DNA of 64,000 nt from an uncultured Ruminococcus sp. (GCA_910577575.1 CAJTOG010000005.1:9188-73187); one strand, 5' to 3'. Shown: positions 40,382 through 51,451, counted from the stretch's first letter. Translations and numbers: made by a program. Notes: a model not told the origin generated them from the sequence alone.

Positions 40382-40987
40382 TTAATCAAACGCAACAGAC
40401 ACGTCATATTCAGGTTGAGGAATCGGCTCTGTACTTGTTGTTGTATTTACATATGAATACTGCGGTTCGGCTGTTGTTGTCTTGGGTTCGGGAAGCGGGT
40501 TGTCAAAATTGTCAATTTTTCCGAGCAGGTAATTTTCAAGCATTACCAAATCCGCCATGCCGATTTTATCGTCACGATTTATATCAGCCCTCATTGAGTC
40601 AATCCCTTCACTTAATTTACCATTTATATACCCCTTTCTTAATTCAATCATATCAAATACATCAACTTTCCCGTCTACATTGACATCACCATACCATGCA
40701 ACAGGTGAACCATAAACAGGCATAGGGATAGTTGTATTAACTGTTGTTGGTATGGGTTCTGTTGTTTCTGGAGCAGTTGTTGTCCATGAAATTGACGGAC
40801 CATAAACAGGCACTTCCATTCCTTCATTAGGATTATAAATTGTTGTCGTTACCACCGGTTCATCAAGAGAAAGATTATAATCAGACGCCGATGCAGAATC
40901 TTTAATATTATCGGTTCCTGACGGAATCATGTTTAGAGCAGCCGCAAAAAGTGTAGCAGTCAAGACGGTTTTTTCAGTTTTCTTCAT
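40382..40987 (-). CDS. Secreted Pro/Thr-rich protein with a central dockerin module
   Basis: Signal peptide. Repeated (V/M)PVYG(P/S) segments. Dockerin GDVNVDGKVDVFDM...DINRDDKIGMADL. No cysteine anywhere in the sequence. Confidence 0.7.
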   Translation of the reverse strand: MKKTEKTVLTATLFAAALNMIPSGTDNIKDSASASDYNLSLDEPVVTTTIYNPNEGMEVPVYGPSISWTTTAPETTEPIPTTVNTTIPMPVYGSPVAWYGDVNVDGKVDVFDMIELRKGYINGKLSEGIDSMRADINRDDKIGMADLVMLENYLLGKIDNFDNPLPEPKTTTAEPQYSYVNTTTSTEPIPQPEYDVSVAFD

Positions 40988-41128
40988 ATTACATATTTCC
41001 TTTCAGATAAATATATATTTGGTTAATCCCATTATATAATATAAATGTCAAAAAAACAGACGCTTTTTTCTATCTGAAATCAAATTTGTATATATGAACA
41101 AAAACTATTCAATCAATTTGTTAAATTT

Positions 41129-43948
41129 TTACAAATAATTTTTAAGGTATTTTCCCGTATAGGATTTTTCACACTTTGCAACTTCTTCCGGAGTCCCCTG
41201 TATAACGACAGTACCGCCTCCGTCTCCACCCTCAGGACCTAAATCAATTATATAGTCAGCTGACTTTATCACATTAAGATTATGTTCAATAACAAGAACA
41301 GTATTACCCTGATTTGTAAGCTCCTGAAGTACATCAATAAGTCTATGGACATCAGAAGTATGAAGCCCGGTTGTAGGTTCATCAAGAATATATATAGTCT
41401 TCCCTGTCGACCTTTTTGAAAGCTCCGTTGAAAGTTTTACCCTTTGTGCTTCGCCGCCTGAAAGAGTAGTTGCAGACTGACCGATTTTTATATAGCCGAG
41501 TCCGACTTCCTGTAATGTTTTCAGTTTACGTGCAATTTTCGGAAGATGTGCAAAAAATTCAGCACCCTCATCAACAGTCATTTCAAGTACATCATAAATA
41601 GATTTGCCCTTATAATGAACTTCGAGAGTTTCACGGTTATACCGCTTACCCTTGCATACTTCACAAGGTACATAAACGTCGGGCAGAAAATGCATTTCTA
41701 TTTTGATAATTCCGTCACCCTCACAGGCTTCACATCGTCCGCCTTTTACATTGAAACTGAAACGTCCGTTTGTATAACCCCTTGCTTTAGCGTCAGGAGT
41801 TTTTGCAAACAAATCACGTATATCAGTGAAAACGCCCGTATAAGTTGCCGGATTTGAACGTGGGGTACGTCCTATCGGTGACTGGTCAATACATATGACT
41901 TTATCAAGATTTTCAAGACCGTCAATTTCCCTGAAATCACCTGCGACAGTTTTTGCACGATTCAGTTTGGCGGCAAGATATTTATAAATAATCTCATTTA
42001 CAAGCGATGATTTTCCGCTTCCTGAAACTCCTGTAACACATATAAATTCACCAAGCGGAATTTTTACGTCGATATTCTTAAGATTATGTTCTGATGCTCC
42101 TTTTACTGTCAGAAAATTACCGTTTCCTTTACGTCTGCTAACAGGTACGGGAATCTTTTTCTTTCCGCTAAGATATTGTCCCGTTATTGAATTTTTACAT
42201 TTCAGAAGCTTATCAACAGTACCTGAAAATACAACTTCTCCTCCGTTTACGCCTGCTTCCGGACCTATATCAACTATATAATCAGCTGCAAGCATAGTAT
42301 CATCATCATGCTCGACGACTATAAGAGTGTTACCCAAATCTCTGAGACGTTTCAAGGTTTCAATAAGCTTATCATTATCACGCTGATGAAGTCCGATACT
42401 TGGTTCATCAAGTATATATAAAACTCCGACAAGCGATGAGCCTATCTGAGTTGCAAGCCTTATTCTCTGGCTTTCTCCGCCCGAAAGCGTACCCGACGAA
42501 CGTGAAAGCGTAAGATACTCAAGTCCGACACTGCTTAAAAATCCAAGACGTTCCCTGATTTCCTTTATAATTCTTTCACCTATGAATTTCTCATGTTCTG
42601 ATAAAATTAAATTATTAAAGAAATCCAGCTCCTTTTTTACTGACATATCAGTCAGTTCACTTATATTCTTTTCGCCTACAGTTACTGCAAGATATTCTGG
42701 TTTAAGTCTTTTTCCCCTGCATTCAGGACATTTTGTCTCTGTCATGCAGTCTTCTATTGCAGACTTTGAATAGTCGCTGTTTGATTCACGATAACGTCTT
42801 TCAAGATTCCGGATTACTCCTTCAAATGGTGTTTTATACTTTCCTCCGCCGAGCGATTCAGGTCTTCTGAGTTCAAGCTGCGTTTCACCTGTACCATACA
42901 GAAAAATATCAAGCTGTTCCTTTGTAAGTTCCTTTATGGGTATATCAAGAGGAATATTATAGTGCTTTGAAATTGCCTTATAATACATCATTGCTATTGA
43001 TGTTTCATCAAGGCTATTCCACCCATGTGCAGTTATCGCACCTTCCAGAATTGATAAATCTTTATTCGGCACAATTGTTTTGGCTTCAATCTGCCTGAAC
43101 ATTCCAAGACCTGTACATTTTGGACAAGCTCCCACAGGATTATTGAACGAAAACATAACCGGTTCAAGTTCGCCTATACTTATATTATGCTCAGGGCAGG
43201 CAAAATTCTGGGAAAAAATCATTTCTTCACCATCAATCACATCAACAACAGCAAGACCGTCAGTAAGCTTGAAAACAGTTTCAAGACTATCCGTTATACG
43301 TGACTCTATACCCTTTTTTATTATAAGCCTGTCAACAACAATTTCTATATTATGCTTTTTATTCTTTTCAAGCTTTATTTCTTCGGTAAGTTCATACATT
43401 ATACCATCAATACGTACACGTACAAATCCCGATTTTCTGGCACTTTCAAGCTCCTTTTCATATTTCCCCTTTCTGTTTCGGACTATCGGTGCAAGAAGCT
43501 GAATACGTGTTTTTTCAGGAAGCCCCATAATTCTGTCAACCATCTGGTCAATAGTTTGCTGAGAGATTTCACGTCCGCAGACAGGACAATGCGGTATACC
43601 TATCCGTGCATAAAGAAGACGAAGATAGTCATAAATTTCTGTAACTGTTCCGACTGTTGAACGTGGATTTTTTGAAGTTGTTTTCTGGTCAATTGAAATT
43701 GCCGGAGAAAGTCCCTCTATGCTGTCAACGTCCGGCTTTTCCATTTGTCCGAGAAACATACGTGCATATGATGAAAGACTTTCTACATAACGTCTCTGAC
43801 CGTCCGCATATATAGTATCAAAAGCAAGAGAAGATTTTCCCGAACCCGACAATCCTGTCATGACAATAAGCTTGTCTCTCGGAAGTTCAACATCTATATT
43901 CTTTAAATTGTTTACTCTTGCACCCTTTATAATTATTTTATCTGTCAT
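41129..43948 (-). CDS. uvrA: Excinuclease ABC subunit A
   Basis: Two ABC ATPase modules ([18 protein letters not shown]), zinc-finger Cys clusters and LSGGE signatures. 939 aa. Confidence 0.95.
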   Translation of the reverse strand: MTDKIIIKGARVNNLKNIDVELPRDKLIVMTGLSGSGKSSLAFDTIYADGQRRYVESLSSYARMFLGQMEKPDVDSIEGLSPAISIDQKTTSKNPRSTVGTVTEIYDYLRLLYARIGIPHCPVCGREISQQTIDQMVDRIMGLPEKTRIQLLAPIVRNRKGKYEKELESARKSGFVRVRIDGIMYELTEEIKLEKNKKHNIEIVVDRLIIKKGIESRITDSLETVFKLTDGLAVVDVIDGEEMIFSQNFACPEHNISIGELEPVMFSFNNPVGACPKCTGLGMFRQIEAKTIVPNKDLSILEGAITAHGWNSLDETSIAMMYYKAISKHYNIPLDIPIKELTKEQLDIFLYGTGETQLELRRPESLGGGKYKTPFEGVIRNLERRYRESNSDYSKSAIEDCMTETKCPECRGKRLKPEYLAVTVGEKNISELTDMSVKKELDFFNNLILSEHEKFIGERIIKEIRERLGFLSSVGLEYLTLSRSSGTLSGGESQRIRLATQIGSSLVGVLYILDEPSIGLHQRDNDKLIETLKRLRDLGNTLIVVEHDDDTMLAADYIVDIGPEAGVNGGEVVFSGTVDKLLKCKNSITGQYLSGKKKIPVPVSRRKGNGNFLTVKGASEHNLKNIDVKIPLGEFICVTGVSGSGKSSLVNEIIYKYLAAKLNRAKTVAGDFREIDGLENLDKVICIDQSPIGRTPRSNPATYTGVFTDIRDLFAKTPDAKARGYTNGRFSFNVKGGRCEACEGDGIIKIEMHFLPDVYVPCEVCKGKRYNRETLEVHYKGKSIYDVLEMTVDEGAEFFAHLPKIARKLKTLQEVGLGYIKIGQSATTLSGGEAQRVKLSTELSKRSTGKTIYILDEPTTGLHTSDVHRLIDVLQELTNQGNTVLVIEHNLNVIKSADYIIDLGPEGGDGGGTVVIQGTPEEVAKCEKSYTGKYLKNYL

Positions 43949-43958
43949 TTAAATCACC

Positions 43959-44510
43959 TTAACCCTGTTTTATAATATCCCTTACTTCCATAAGACAGAA
44001 TCCCAAAAGATTTTCACCCTTCCAAAGTGTTGGATTCTCACATCTTCTGTCGTCTGCTCCCATGCCGATTCCCCATATATTATCACACGGACTTGCTTCA
44101 ACAAGTATTCTTTCATTGGTACAGAGCAAAAAATATTTCAGCTCCTGATTCTGTGAAAACTTGGCAGTATTTCCTTTTATAACTATATCTGTTTTATTTT
44201 GATTCCAGATTTTTTCGTCGAAACCTGTAATCATTCGACCCAATGACTTGAACTGTTTCGGATGAGAAGCTTTCATAATTTCATTATATATTATATTATC
44301 TCCGAAAAGCAGAGCTTTCTGTGCCATCATATACTGTTCTGCCGTTGAATACTCCACACCGTCAACATTAAACTGGCAGTCAAACCATTGACTGAAACAG
44401 CTTTTTGTAATACTTCCGTCCTCAGACGGTCTGTGACCCCAGAAAAATATAAATTTCATCCGTTCTTTTCTGTTAAAGTTTTTAATAATTATATCTTTGG
44501 TATACTTCAT
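43959..44510 (-). CDS. NADAR (DUF1768, YbiA-like) family protein
   Basis: FSQW...VDGVEYSTAEQYMMAQKA...LVEASPCDNIWGIGMG...GENLLGFCLMEVR aligns with the E. coli YbiA motifs FSNF...TSEHYFQAQKF...LVEHTENDAYWGDG...NRLGYLLMELR. Confidence 0.8.
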   Translation of the reverse strand: MKYTKDIIIKNFNRKERMKFIFFWGHRPSEDGSITKSCFSQWFDCQFNVDGVEYSTAEQYMMAQKALLFGDNIIYNEIMKASHPKQFKSLGRMITGFDEKIWNQNKTDIVIKGNTAKFSQNQELKYFLLCTNERILVEASPCDNIWGIGMGADDRRCENPTLWKGENLLGFCLMEVRDIIKQG

Positions 44511-44511
44511 T

Positions 44512-46473
44512 TTATTCTTCCTTTAATTCATGTATTTTATCCCGCAGATATGCAGCATGTTCAAATTCCAGCATTTTAGCCGCATTTTTCATCTCAACAG
44601 TAAGTCTGTCAATAAGCTGTTGTTTCTCTGATGCGGACATTTTTTTCTTCTTGGTTTTAGCCTCTACATTATTTTTAGACGTAATTTCCAGAACATCATG
44701 AATATTTTTAACAATAGTTTTCGGGGTTATTCCATGCTCTTTATTGAAAGCTATCTGTAAATTACGACGGCGTTCGGTTTCCATAATAGCACGTTCCATT
44801 GAACCTGTAACACTATCCGCATACATAATAACCTGTCCATTTACATTTCTTGCAGCACGTCCGATAGTCTGAATAAGTGAAGTTTCACTTCTCAGAAATC
44901 CCTCTTTGTCAGCATCAAGAATAGCAATAAGACTGACTTCCGGAATGTCAAGTCCCTCACGGAGCAGATTTATTCCGACAAGAACATCAAATATACCGTT
45001 TCTTAAATCCTTAATAATCTCCATACGTTCAATAGTATCAATATCATGATGCAGATACCGGACTTTTATACCTAAATCTTCATAATATGATGTCAAATCT
45101 TCTGCCATTTTTTTAGTAAGAGTTGTAATAAGAACACGTTCATTTCTATCAATTCTCTTATTTATTTCTGAATACAGGTCATCAATCTGACCGGAAATCG
45201 GCTTGACTATAATTTCGGGGTCAACAAGACCGGTAGGACGTATAAGCTGTTCAACTATTATATCAGTTTTTTCACGCTCAATCTGTCCGGGGGTTGCACT
45301 TACATAAATTGCTTGATTTATTTTTTCATTGAATTCGTCAAAATTCAGTGGTCTGTTATCATATGCACTCGGAAGCCTGAAACCATAATCAATGAGAGTT
45401 GTTTTTCTTGCCCTGTCTCCTGCATACATTCCACGAACCTGTGGTAATGTAACATGGCTCTCATCGACAAATAAAAGAAAATCGTCAGAAAAATGGTCAA
45501 AAAGGGTCATAGGCGTACTTCCGGCAGGTCTGCCTGAAAGTACACGGGAATAGTTTTCAACCCCGCTGCAATAACCCACTTCTTTAATCATTTCCATATC
45601 ATAATGAGTACGCTGTTCAATACGCTGTGCCTCAATAAGTTTATTATTTTGCTGAAAATATTCGATACGCTCCGCAAGCTCTCTGTCAAGCTCATGAAGT
45701 GCGGTATCAACCTTATCATCACTTATAATATAGTGGCTTGCCGGAAAAACTGCTGCATGAGAAAGAACAGCATTAACCTTTCCGGTTACAGCATTTATTT
45801 CTGAAATTCTGTCTATTTCATCGCCAAAATACTCAACACGTATTGCCGTATCTGTTGACATTGCAGGAAAAATTTCAATCACATCACCACGAACACGAAA
45901 CTTATTTCTCTCAAATGCAACATCATTTCTTTCATATCTGATTTTTACCAGTTCAGAAATAAGCCGTTCACGTGATTTTTCTGCTCCCTGACGTATTGAT
46001 ACAACATTTGCACGGTACTCTTCCGGGCTTCCGAGCGAATAAATACATGATACGCTTGATACTATTATAACATCTCTGCGTTCAGCAAGTGCAGTTGTAG
46101 CAGAATGACGGAGCTTATCTATTTCATTATTAATTGACGAAACTTTTTCTATATAACTGTCTGTACTTGCAACATATGCTTCCGGCTGATAATAGTCATA
46201 ATATGATACAAAATATTCAACAGCATTATCAGGAAAAAACTCTTTAAATTCAGAACACAACTGAGCCGCAAGAATTTTATTATGTGCAAGAACAAGAGTC
46301 GGCTTATTTACTTTTGCTATAACATTTGCCATAGTAAAAGTTTTTCCCGAACCTGTAACGCCAAGCAGAATCTGCTCTTTTTTACCGGACTTTATACCGT
46401 TTACAAGCTTATCTATTGCCTGCGGCTGGTCTCCGGACGGTGCAAACTGTGAATAAAGCTTAAAATGTTCCAT
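44512..46473 (-). CDS. uvrB: Excinuclease ABC subunit B
   Basis: [10 protein letters not shown] Walker A, a DESH box, helicase motifs and the C-terminal UVR domain ([12 protein letters not shown]). Start at 46473 (AGGAGTG Shine-Dalgarno sequence). Confidence 0.95.
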   Translation of the reverse strand: MEHFKLYSQFAPSGDQPQAIDKLVNGIKSGKKEQILLGVTGSGKTFTMANVIAKVNKPTLVLAHNKILAAQLCSEFKEFFPDNAVEYFVSYYDYYQPEAYVASTDSYIEKVSSINNEIDKLRHSATTALAERRDVIIVSSVSCIYSLGSPEEYRANVVSIRQGAEKSRERLISELVKIRYERNDVAFERNKFRVRGDVIEIFPAMSTDTAIRVEYFGDEIDRISEINAVTGKVNAVLSHAAVFPASHYIISDDKVDTALHELDRELAERIEYFQQNNKLIEAQRIEQRTHYDMEMIKEVGYCSGVENYSRVLSGRPAGSTPMTLFDHFSDDFLLFVDESHVTLPQVRGMYAGDRARKTTLIDYGFRLPSAYDNRPLNFDEFNEKINQAIYVSATPGQIEREKTDIIVEQLIRPTGLVDPEIIVKPISGQIDDLYSEINKRIDRNERVLITTLTKKMAEDLTSYYEDLGIKVRYLHHDIDTIERMEIIKDLRNGIFDVLVGINLLREGLDIPEVSLIAILDADKEGFLRSETSLIQTIGRAARNVNGQVIMYADSVTGSMERAIMETERRRNLQIAFNKEHGITPKTIVKNIHDVLEITSKNNVEAKTKKKKMSASEKQQLIDRLTVEMKNAAKMLEFEHAAYLRDKIHELKEE

Positions 46474-46562
46474 AAAAATCACTCCTGAAATATGATGTAT
46501 TTATATTATATCACATTTATCATTAAAAATAAAGTGTCAGAACATATTTTCTTTTTTTAACA

Positions 46563-46597
46563 ATAAAAAATACCGACAGATTTAAACTGCCGGTATT
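46563..46597 (-). terminator. Rho-independent terminator after galE
   Basis: The minus strand reads AATACCGGCAGtttaaatCTGTCGGTATT followed by TTTTATTG (one mismatch in the stem). Confidence 0.6.
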
Positions 46598-46601
46598 TTT
46601 A

Positions 46602-47621
46602 TTACCTGTTATATCCATCAGGATTATTTTTCTGCCAGTTCCATGAATCACGACACATATCTTCAAGATTACGTTCTGTTTTCCAACCGAGTATCTCCTG
46701 TGCCTTATCCGCATTTGCATAACACTCTGCTAAATCTCCGTCACGTCTTGCACCATAAACATGATTTACTTTTACACCGTTTACTTTTTCAAAAGTATTG
46801 ATAATTTCGGTAACACTGTACGGCTTTCCTGTACCAAGATTAAAAATCTCAACACAGTTGTTTTTCAAGATATAGTCAATTGCTTTAACATGACCGATTG
46901 CAAGGTCGGTCACATGAATATAATCTCTTGTACAAGTGCCGTCAGGAGTTGGATAATCGTTGCCGAAAACAGTCAGGCACTCACGTTTTCCAACTGCAAC
47001 CTGTGAAATATATGGCATAAGATTATTTGGTATTCCAAGAGGGTCTTCACCTATAAGACCACTTTTGTGTGCTCCTATCGGATTGAAATATCTCAATAAA
47101 ATAACAGAAAATTCATTGTCAGCTTTTGCCGTATCTTCAAGAATCTGCTCCATCATGACTTTAGTCCATCCATATGGATTTGTACATACTCCTCTTTTCA
47201 TTGTTTCAAAATACGGCACAGAATTTCCCTCACCGTAAACAGTCGCACTTGATGAAAAAATAATATTTTTAACATTATATTTTTCCATAGTTTCAAGAAG
47301 TGAAAGAGTTGTATCTATGTTATTTCTGTAGTACATCAATGGCTTCTGCACTGATTCCCCAACAGCTTTAAGACCTGCAAAGTGAATAACAGCATCAATC
47401 TCATTTTCTTCAAAAACTTCTGAAAGCTTATTGCTATCTTTTATATCAAGTTCATAGGATTTTATATTCTTTCCTGTAATCTGTTCAACTCTACGAACTG
47501 CTTCCAGAGAGCTGTTGCTGTAATTATCAGCAATAACGACATCATAGCCGGCATTAATAAGCTCAACAGCCGTGTGAGAACCTATATAACCTGCCCCGCC
47601 TGCAAGAAAAATCAATGCCAT
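46602..47621 (-). CDS. galE: UDP-glucose 4-epimerase
   Basis: GGAGYIGSH Rossmann motif, a YxxxK (YGWTK) and SSSATVYG. Start at 47621. Confidence 0.9.
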   Translation of the reverse strand: MALIFLAGGAGYIGSHTAVELINAGYDVVIADNYSNSSLEAVRRVEQITGKNIKSYELDIKDSNKLSEVFEENEIDAVIHFAGLKAVGESVQKPLMYYRNNIDTTLSLLETMEKYNVKNIIFSSSATVYGEGNSVPYFETMKRGVCTNPYGWTKVMMEQILEDTAKADNEFSVILLRYFNPIGAHKSGLIGEDPLGIPNNLMPYISQVAVGKRECLTVFGNDYPTPDGTCTRDYIHVTDLAIGHVKAIDYILKNNCVEIFNLGTGKPYSVTEIINTFEKVNGVKVNHVYGARRDGDLAECYANADKAQEILGWKTERNLEDMCRDSWNWQKNNPDGYNR

Positions 47622-47644
47622 ATCCTGCCTACCTTTCATTAACC

Positions 47645-49150
47645 TTAATTAGACTTGTTTCTTTCCATTTCATTATAAACTGATGGCAATACGAAAGTCG
47701 GAACCATTTCGTGAAGTTTTTCAATTACAGCCTCATCATCATTCTGCATGGCAATATCCTTTAAAACATGAAGATTTTTACAGAATGTACTATTGTCAAT
47801 TTCAATCTGATTACCAACATGGATACGTTTATTTGATGTATGCTTGAGACCTTCTTCTTTCATAAGAAGCTCTTCCTTAATTTTTTCACCGGGACGAAGT
47901 CCGGTAAAAACAATTGATATGTCAACATATGGCCGTTTACCGTACATACGAATAAGATTTTCTGCGAGAGTAATAATTTTAACAGGCTGTCCCATGTCAA
48001 GAACAAATATTTCACTGTTCTCTGCAATTGCAGCCGCTTCCATAACAAGACTTACAGCTTCAGGAATAGTCATAAAATATCTTTCAATATCAGGGTCAGT
48101 TACTGTTACAGGTCCGCCCTTTTCAATCTGCTTTTTAAAAATTGGGATAACCGAACCATTTGAACCGAGAACATTTCCGAAACGTGTAGTAATAAACTTT
48201 GTTTTATTCCCCTTTTCCTGTGCAAAAAACTGTGCTATCATCTCGCACACTCTTTTTGATGCACCCATGACATTTGTAGGATTCACAGCTTTGTCCGTAG
48301 AAATCATAACAAACTGTTCCGCTTTGAAATAACTTGCAAGCGAAGCAATATGAAATGTTCCGGTAATATTATTTTTTACTGCTTCCGAAGGAGAGCCTTC
48401 CATAAGTGGAACATGCTTATGTGCTGCGGCATGGAATACTATTTCAGGTCTGTATCTTTCAAAAATCTGACTCATTCTGAAATAATCACGGACAGAACCG
48501 ATAAGTACTTCAAGATTCAGCTTATCACCGTAAATAAATTCGAGCTCCTGCTGAATCTCATAAGCATTATTTTCATAAATATCAACAATTATAATCTTTT
48601 TAGGATTATACTTTGCAATCTGACGTACAAGCTCCGAACCGATACTTCCACCACCGCCTGTAACCATACAGCATTTACCGCTTATAAAACTGAGAATTTC
48701 TTCACTGTCAAAACTTATAGGGTCACGTCCGAGAAGTTCATCAACATTTATGTCCCGAACCTGTTCAAGAATTGTCGTTGCACTGTCAAGGATAAGAGAA
48801 CCGATAAAAGGAATAATCTTCAGAGGAAGCTTTGTTTCGTTACATATATCAATTATATTCTTACGGTCTGTTTCATTCAGCGATGGAATTGCAAGTATAA
48901 TCTGATCAATGTCCATTTCTTTAACAAGCCTTGGAATATCATCAGTTCCGCCGACAACCTTTGTACCATAGATTACCATTCCAAGTTTTTTGGGGTCATT
49001 GTCCACTATACATATAGTATCAAATTCGGCAGCAATTTTATCAGCAATATAAGGAGAATTTTTAGAATTATAAATTTCCTTCATAAGCATCTTTGCAGCT
49101 GAACCTGCCCCTATTATCATTGTTCTGATTTTATTTTTATAGTAATTCAT
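47645..49150 (-). CDS. Polysaccharide biosynthesis protein, CapD/PglF/WbpM-type nucleotide-sugar 4,6-dehydratase. A soluble form without the usual N-terminal TM segments.
   Basis: VTGGGGSIGSEL, FHAAAHKHVPLME and ISTDKAVNPTNVMGASKR. Confidence 0.85.
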   Translation of the reverse strand: MNYYKNKIRTMIIGAGSAAKMLMKEIYNSKNSPYIADKIAAEFDTICIVDNDPKKLGMVIYGTKVVGGTDDIPRLVKEMDIDQIILAIPSLNETDRKNIIDICNETKLPLKIIPFIGSLILDSATTILEQVRDINVDELLGRDPISFDSEEILSFISGKCCMVTGGGGSIGSELVRQIAKYNPKKIIIVDIYENNAYEIQQELEFIYGDKLNLEVLIGSVRDYFRMSQIFERYRPEIVFHAAAHKHVPLMEGSPSEAVKNNITGTFHIASLASYFKAEQFVMISTDKAVNPTNVMGASKRVCEMIAQFFAQEKGNKTKFITTRFGNVLGSNGSVIPIFKKQIEKGGPVTVTDPDIERYFMTIPEAVSLVMEAAAIAENSEIFVLDMGQPVKIITLAENLIRMYGKRPYVDISIVFTGLRPGEKIKEELLMKEEGLKHTSNKRIHVGNQIEIDNSTFCKNLHVLKDIAMQNDDEAVIEKLHEMVPTFVLPSVYNEMERNKSN

Positions 49151-49345
49151 AAACTATCATTCCTTTTCTTTCATGTTTTCTTCTTTATTTTTAATGTATC
49201 TTTATTATGCAAAGAGACAAAATATATCTTAATTTACATAGTTTTATTATACTATTTGTCAGCGTAAAAAGCAAGCGTATTTTCATTAACTACAAAATTT
49301 CAGCACTTTTCACAAAAATTACAAAAAAGTTACAGAAAAATTACA

Positions 49346-49377
49346 TAAAAAAGGATGCCCCATACTTATGGAACATC
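49346..49377 (-). terminator. Rho-independent terminator closing the pilus/dockerin transcription unit
   Basis: The minus strand reads GATGTTCCATaagtATGGGGCATC (10 bp including two G-U pairs) followed by CTTTTTTAT. Confidence 0.6.
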
Positions 49378-49382
49378 TTTTT

Positions 49383-50180
49383 TTAATTAAAATGCCCTGA
49401 CAAGTAACTTGGTCTTTTCAAGGCTGTGTATCTCAGCAGCACTACTATCACTATATTTACAGTAATAGATATAATAAGTCCAACAGCAGTAATCTAAAAA
49501 TAATTAGGTAACTGAACGTCATAAGGATACAATTTTTCAGATTCTTTAACATGCGTTCTGTTTATATCAATTTCTGCCGACTTCTCTGCATATATTTTTG
49601 CCTTTGAAAAAATTTTTTAATTACGGAAACATTTTTCTGCATCGCCAATAATATCAAACGAATCAAAACTCATTCTGAAATCATAACTGTTATTGTTGTC
49701 CATATGTAATTTTATTCCAAAATAAAAATAAATTCCCAGCATAAGCGAAAATGTAAAAAAATAATTCCTATGGTCATAGTTACAGTTGCAATAATGTATC
49801 TGCTTTTACTCCTCATGATATTTTTATTTGTATATCTTCTGAGGAACTGTTTTGAACTAAGATTTATCCTTGACTTTCTTCTGTTTAGTTTTCTTTCTAG
49901 GCTTTCCAAAATTCAGTGCTTTAGCAGGTGAAAGTTTTCTCAATGCCCACATTGTCGAAGTATAAGCGGATATAAATATTGCTGCAATACAAAGTATAAT
50001 TCCACCGATTACAAAATACGAATTTGCTCTGAATTCAAAATCCTGAAAACCAATTTTTTGAATGAATTAAATGATATATTACAAATAACATAAGCCGCAG
50101 CCGTACCTATCGGAACTGCTGCAATTATATAAAACAAGAATTCCGTAAAAAGCAGCGTTTTTTTAAATCTTCCATTAGAT
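49383..50180 (-). pseudogene. Decayed remnants of FtsX-like ABC-transporter permease gene(s)
   Basis: My own minus-strand translation finds three fragments. One is a C-terminal fragment ...FVIGGIILCIAAIFISAYTSTMWALRKLSPAKALNFGKPRKK. The second is an N-terminal TM segment, RYIIATVTMTIGIIF, which shifts frame in a T7 run. The third is a single frame, MDNNNSYDF...CFRN*KIFSKAK...LPNYF*ITAVGLIISITVNIVIVVLL..., interrupted by in-frame TAA and TAG. No ATPase partner is present. Confidence 0.4.
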
Positions 50181-50185
50181 GAAAT

Positions 50186-51451
50186 TCATCTTAAATTTTC
50201 CTCTATAGAATAATCGCCGTATGTCAGGTCACTGCAATTATAATAATCCCATCTGTATTTCTCATCATCAATCGGAAACAATTCACCCGATTCATAGGCA
50301 AGATAATTATCCCAGACTGTCTCAGAACAATCCCATGAATTAAGGAAAACCATTTTCTTGCCCAATGCATTAACAGAAGTATCCATATAAGCCTTATTTC
50401 CATAAATATAGGCGTTCTGTCCCCAACCGTCAACTATTTTGTTCATAGAAAAAGCATAGTTTATTTCTGAACAGCCATTCCGATAGCCTGTACAGTAACG
50501 CAGAATGCAGTCATTACCCTGAATATCAACAAAACTGTCGGCATAATTTTCACCAGACATTCCGATACCGTCAAAAATACAATTTTCAACAATTGTACCC
50601 GTAGTGTATTCCTTGATGTCAATATGTTCTGCTGCAACATTTGGTCCGATGGAGCATCCCCTGATTGTATTATAGTCACATTTATAACCATAACCGCTTG
50701 TACTTTTTGAACTGCCGATATAAATTCCCTCACCGTAAGCAGGTGAAACAAGTCCGGTATCATGTATAAAGCAATTCTCAGCAAGACAGTATGAACTGTT
50801 GTCACGGAAATGGATTCCCTCAGAACCAATATTATATACTTCACAGTTTATCAGCTTTGTATGATTTGAATTATCAAGAATTATGCCTTTTGAAGCATTT
50901 GTAATTTTCAAATCACGTATAACCCACCAGTCGCCTGTAACAGAAAGAGCATAGTTCTCACTAACATTGATGCCCGAAATAACTGCCGGATTTTCCGGAT
51001 TCTCAGAGCGTAAAACTATCGGTTCGGATTCAGTACCGTCTGCCTCACCCTTGAACATATAGCCCTTTGAAGTTGAACCGCTGTAAATATAATCACCGGA
51101 TGCAAGAATAATTTCATCATTCGGTTCAACATCTGCAAGAGCAGCCTTAAGTTCATCCGTATTTGTAACACGGACTATATTTGTCGGTTTTTGCGAATCT
51201 ATAAATTCTTTCCGCATCTGACATAAATCAAATACATCAATTATGCCGTCAGCACACAAATCCGAATTGTCTGAATTAATTAATATATCATCATAATCCA
51301 ATATCCACTTCTGAAGGTAAACTAAATCAGCAGAAGTAAATTTTCCGTCATTATTTGCATCGCCCCTTACAAACGAATCAGCAAAAGCAGAATTTCCGTT
51401 CAATAAAGAAATACAAGAAACTGATAATAATAATACAATAAATTTTTTCAT
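50186..51451 (-). CDS. Secreted N-terminal-dockerin protein with a right-handed parallel beta-helix (pectate-lyase-fold) domain
   Basis: Signal peptide, dockerin GDANNDGKFTSADL...DLCADGIIDVFDL, and beta-helix repeats (NCEVYNIGSEGIHF, NCFIHDTG, GEGIYIGSS, RGCSIGPN, ENCIFDG). The start codon shares 1 nt with the upstream sortase stop (TGATG). Confidence 0.75.
   Translation of the reverse strand: MKKFIVLLLSVSCISLLNGNSAFADSFVRGDANNDGKFTSADLVYLQKWILDYDDILINSDNSDLCADGIIDVFDLCQMRKEFIDSQKPTNIVRVTNTDELKAALADVEPNDEIILASGDYIYSGSTSKGYMFKGEADGTESEPIVLRSENPENPAVISGINVSENYALSVTGDWWVIRDLKITNASKGIILDNSNHTKLINCEVYNIGSEGIHFRDNSSYCLAENCFIHDTGLVSPAYGEGIYIGSSKSTSGYGYKCDYNTIRGCSIGPNVAAEHIDIKEYTTGTIVENCIFDGIGMSGENYADSFVDIQGNDCILRYCTGYRNGCSEINYAFSMNKIVDGWGQNAYIYGNKAYMDTSVNALGKKMVFLNSWDCSETVWDNYLAYESGELFPIDDEKYRWDYYNCSDLTYGDYSIEENLR

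Noticed and set aside
40988-41128. Possible short RiPP precursor ORF or promoter upstream of the dockerin/rSAM pair
   Set aside because: I found no Shine-Dalgarno-preceded short ORF on either strand. The TTGACA present has a TATAAT only 9 nt away, which is the wrong spacing, so no promoter or peptide call is made.
48350-49102. 250-aa plus-strand ORF
   Set aside because: It is antisense to the capD-like dehydratase, whose motifs are unambiguous. It has no Shine-Dalgarno sequence and a biased composition.
49712-49909. 65-aa minus-strand ORF in the 49.4-50.2 kb gap
   Set aside because: It uses a non-ATG start. It is a frame artefact spanning the junction of two decayed permease fragments, and is treated as part of the pseudogene region.
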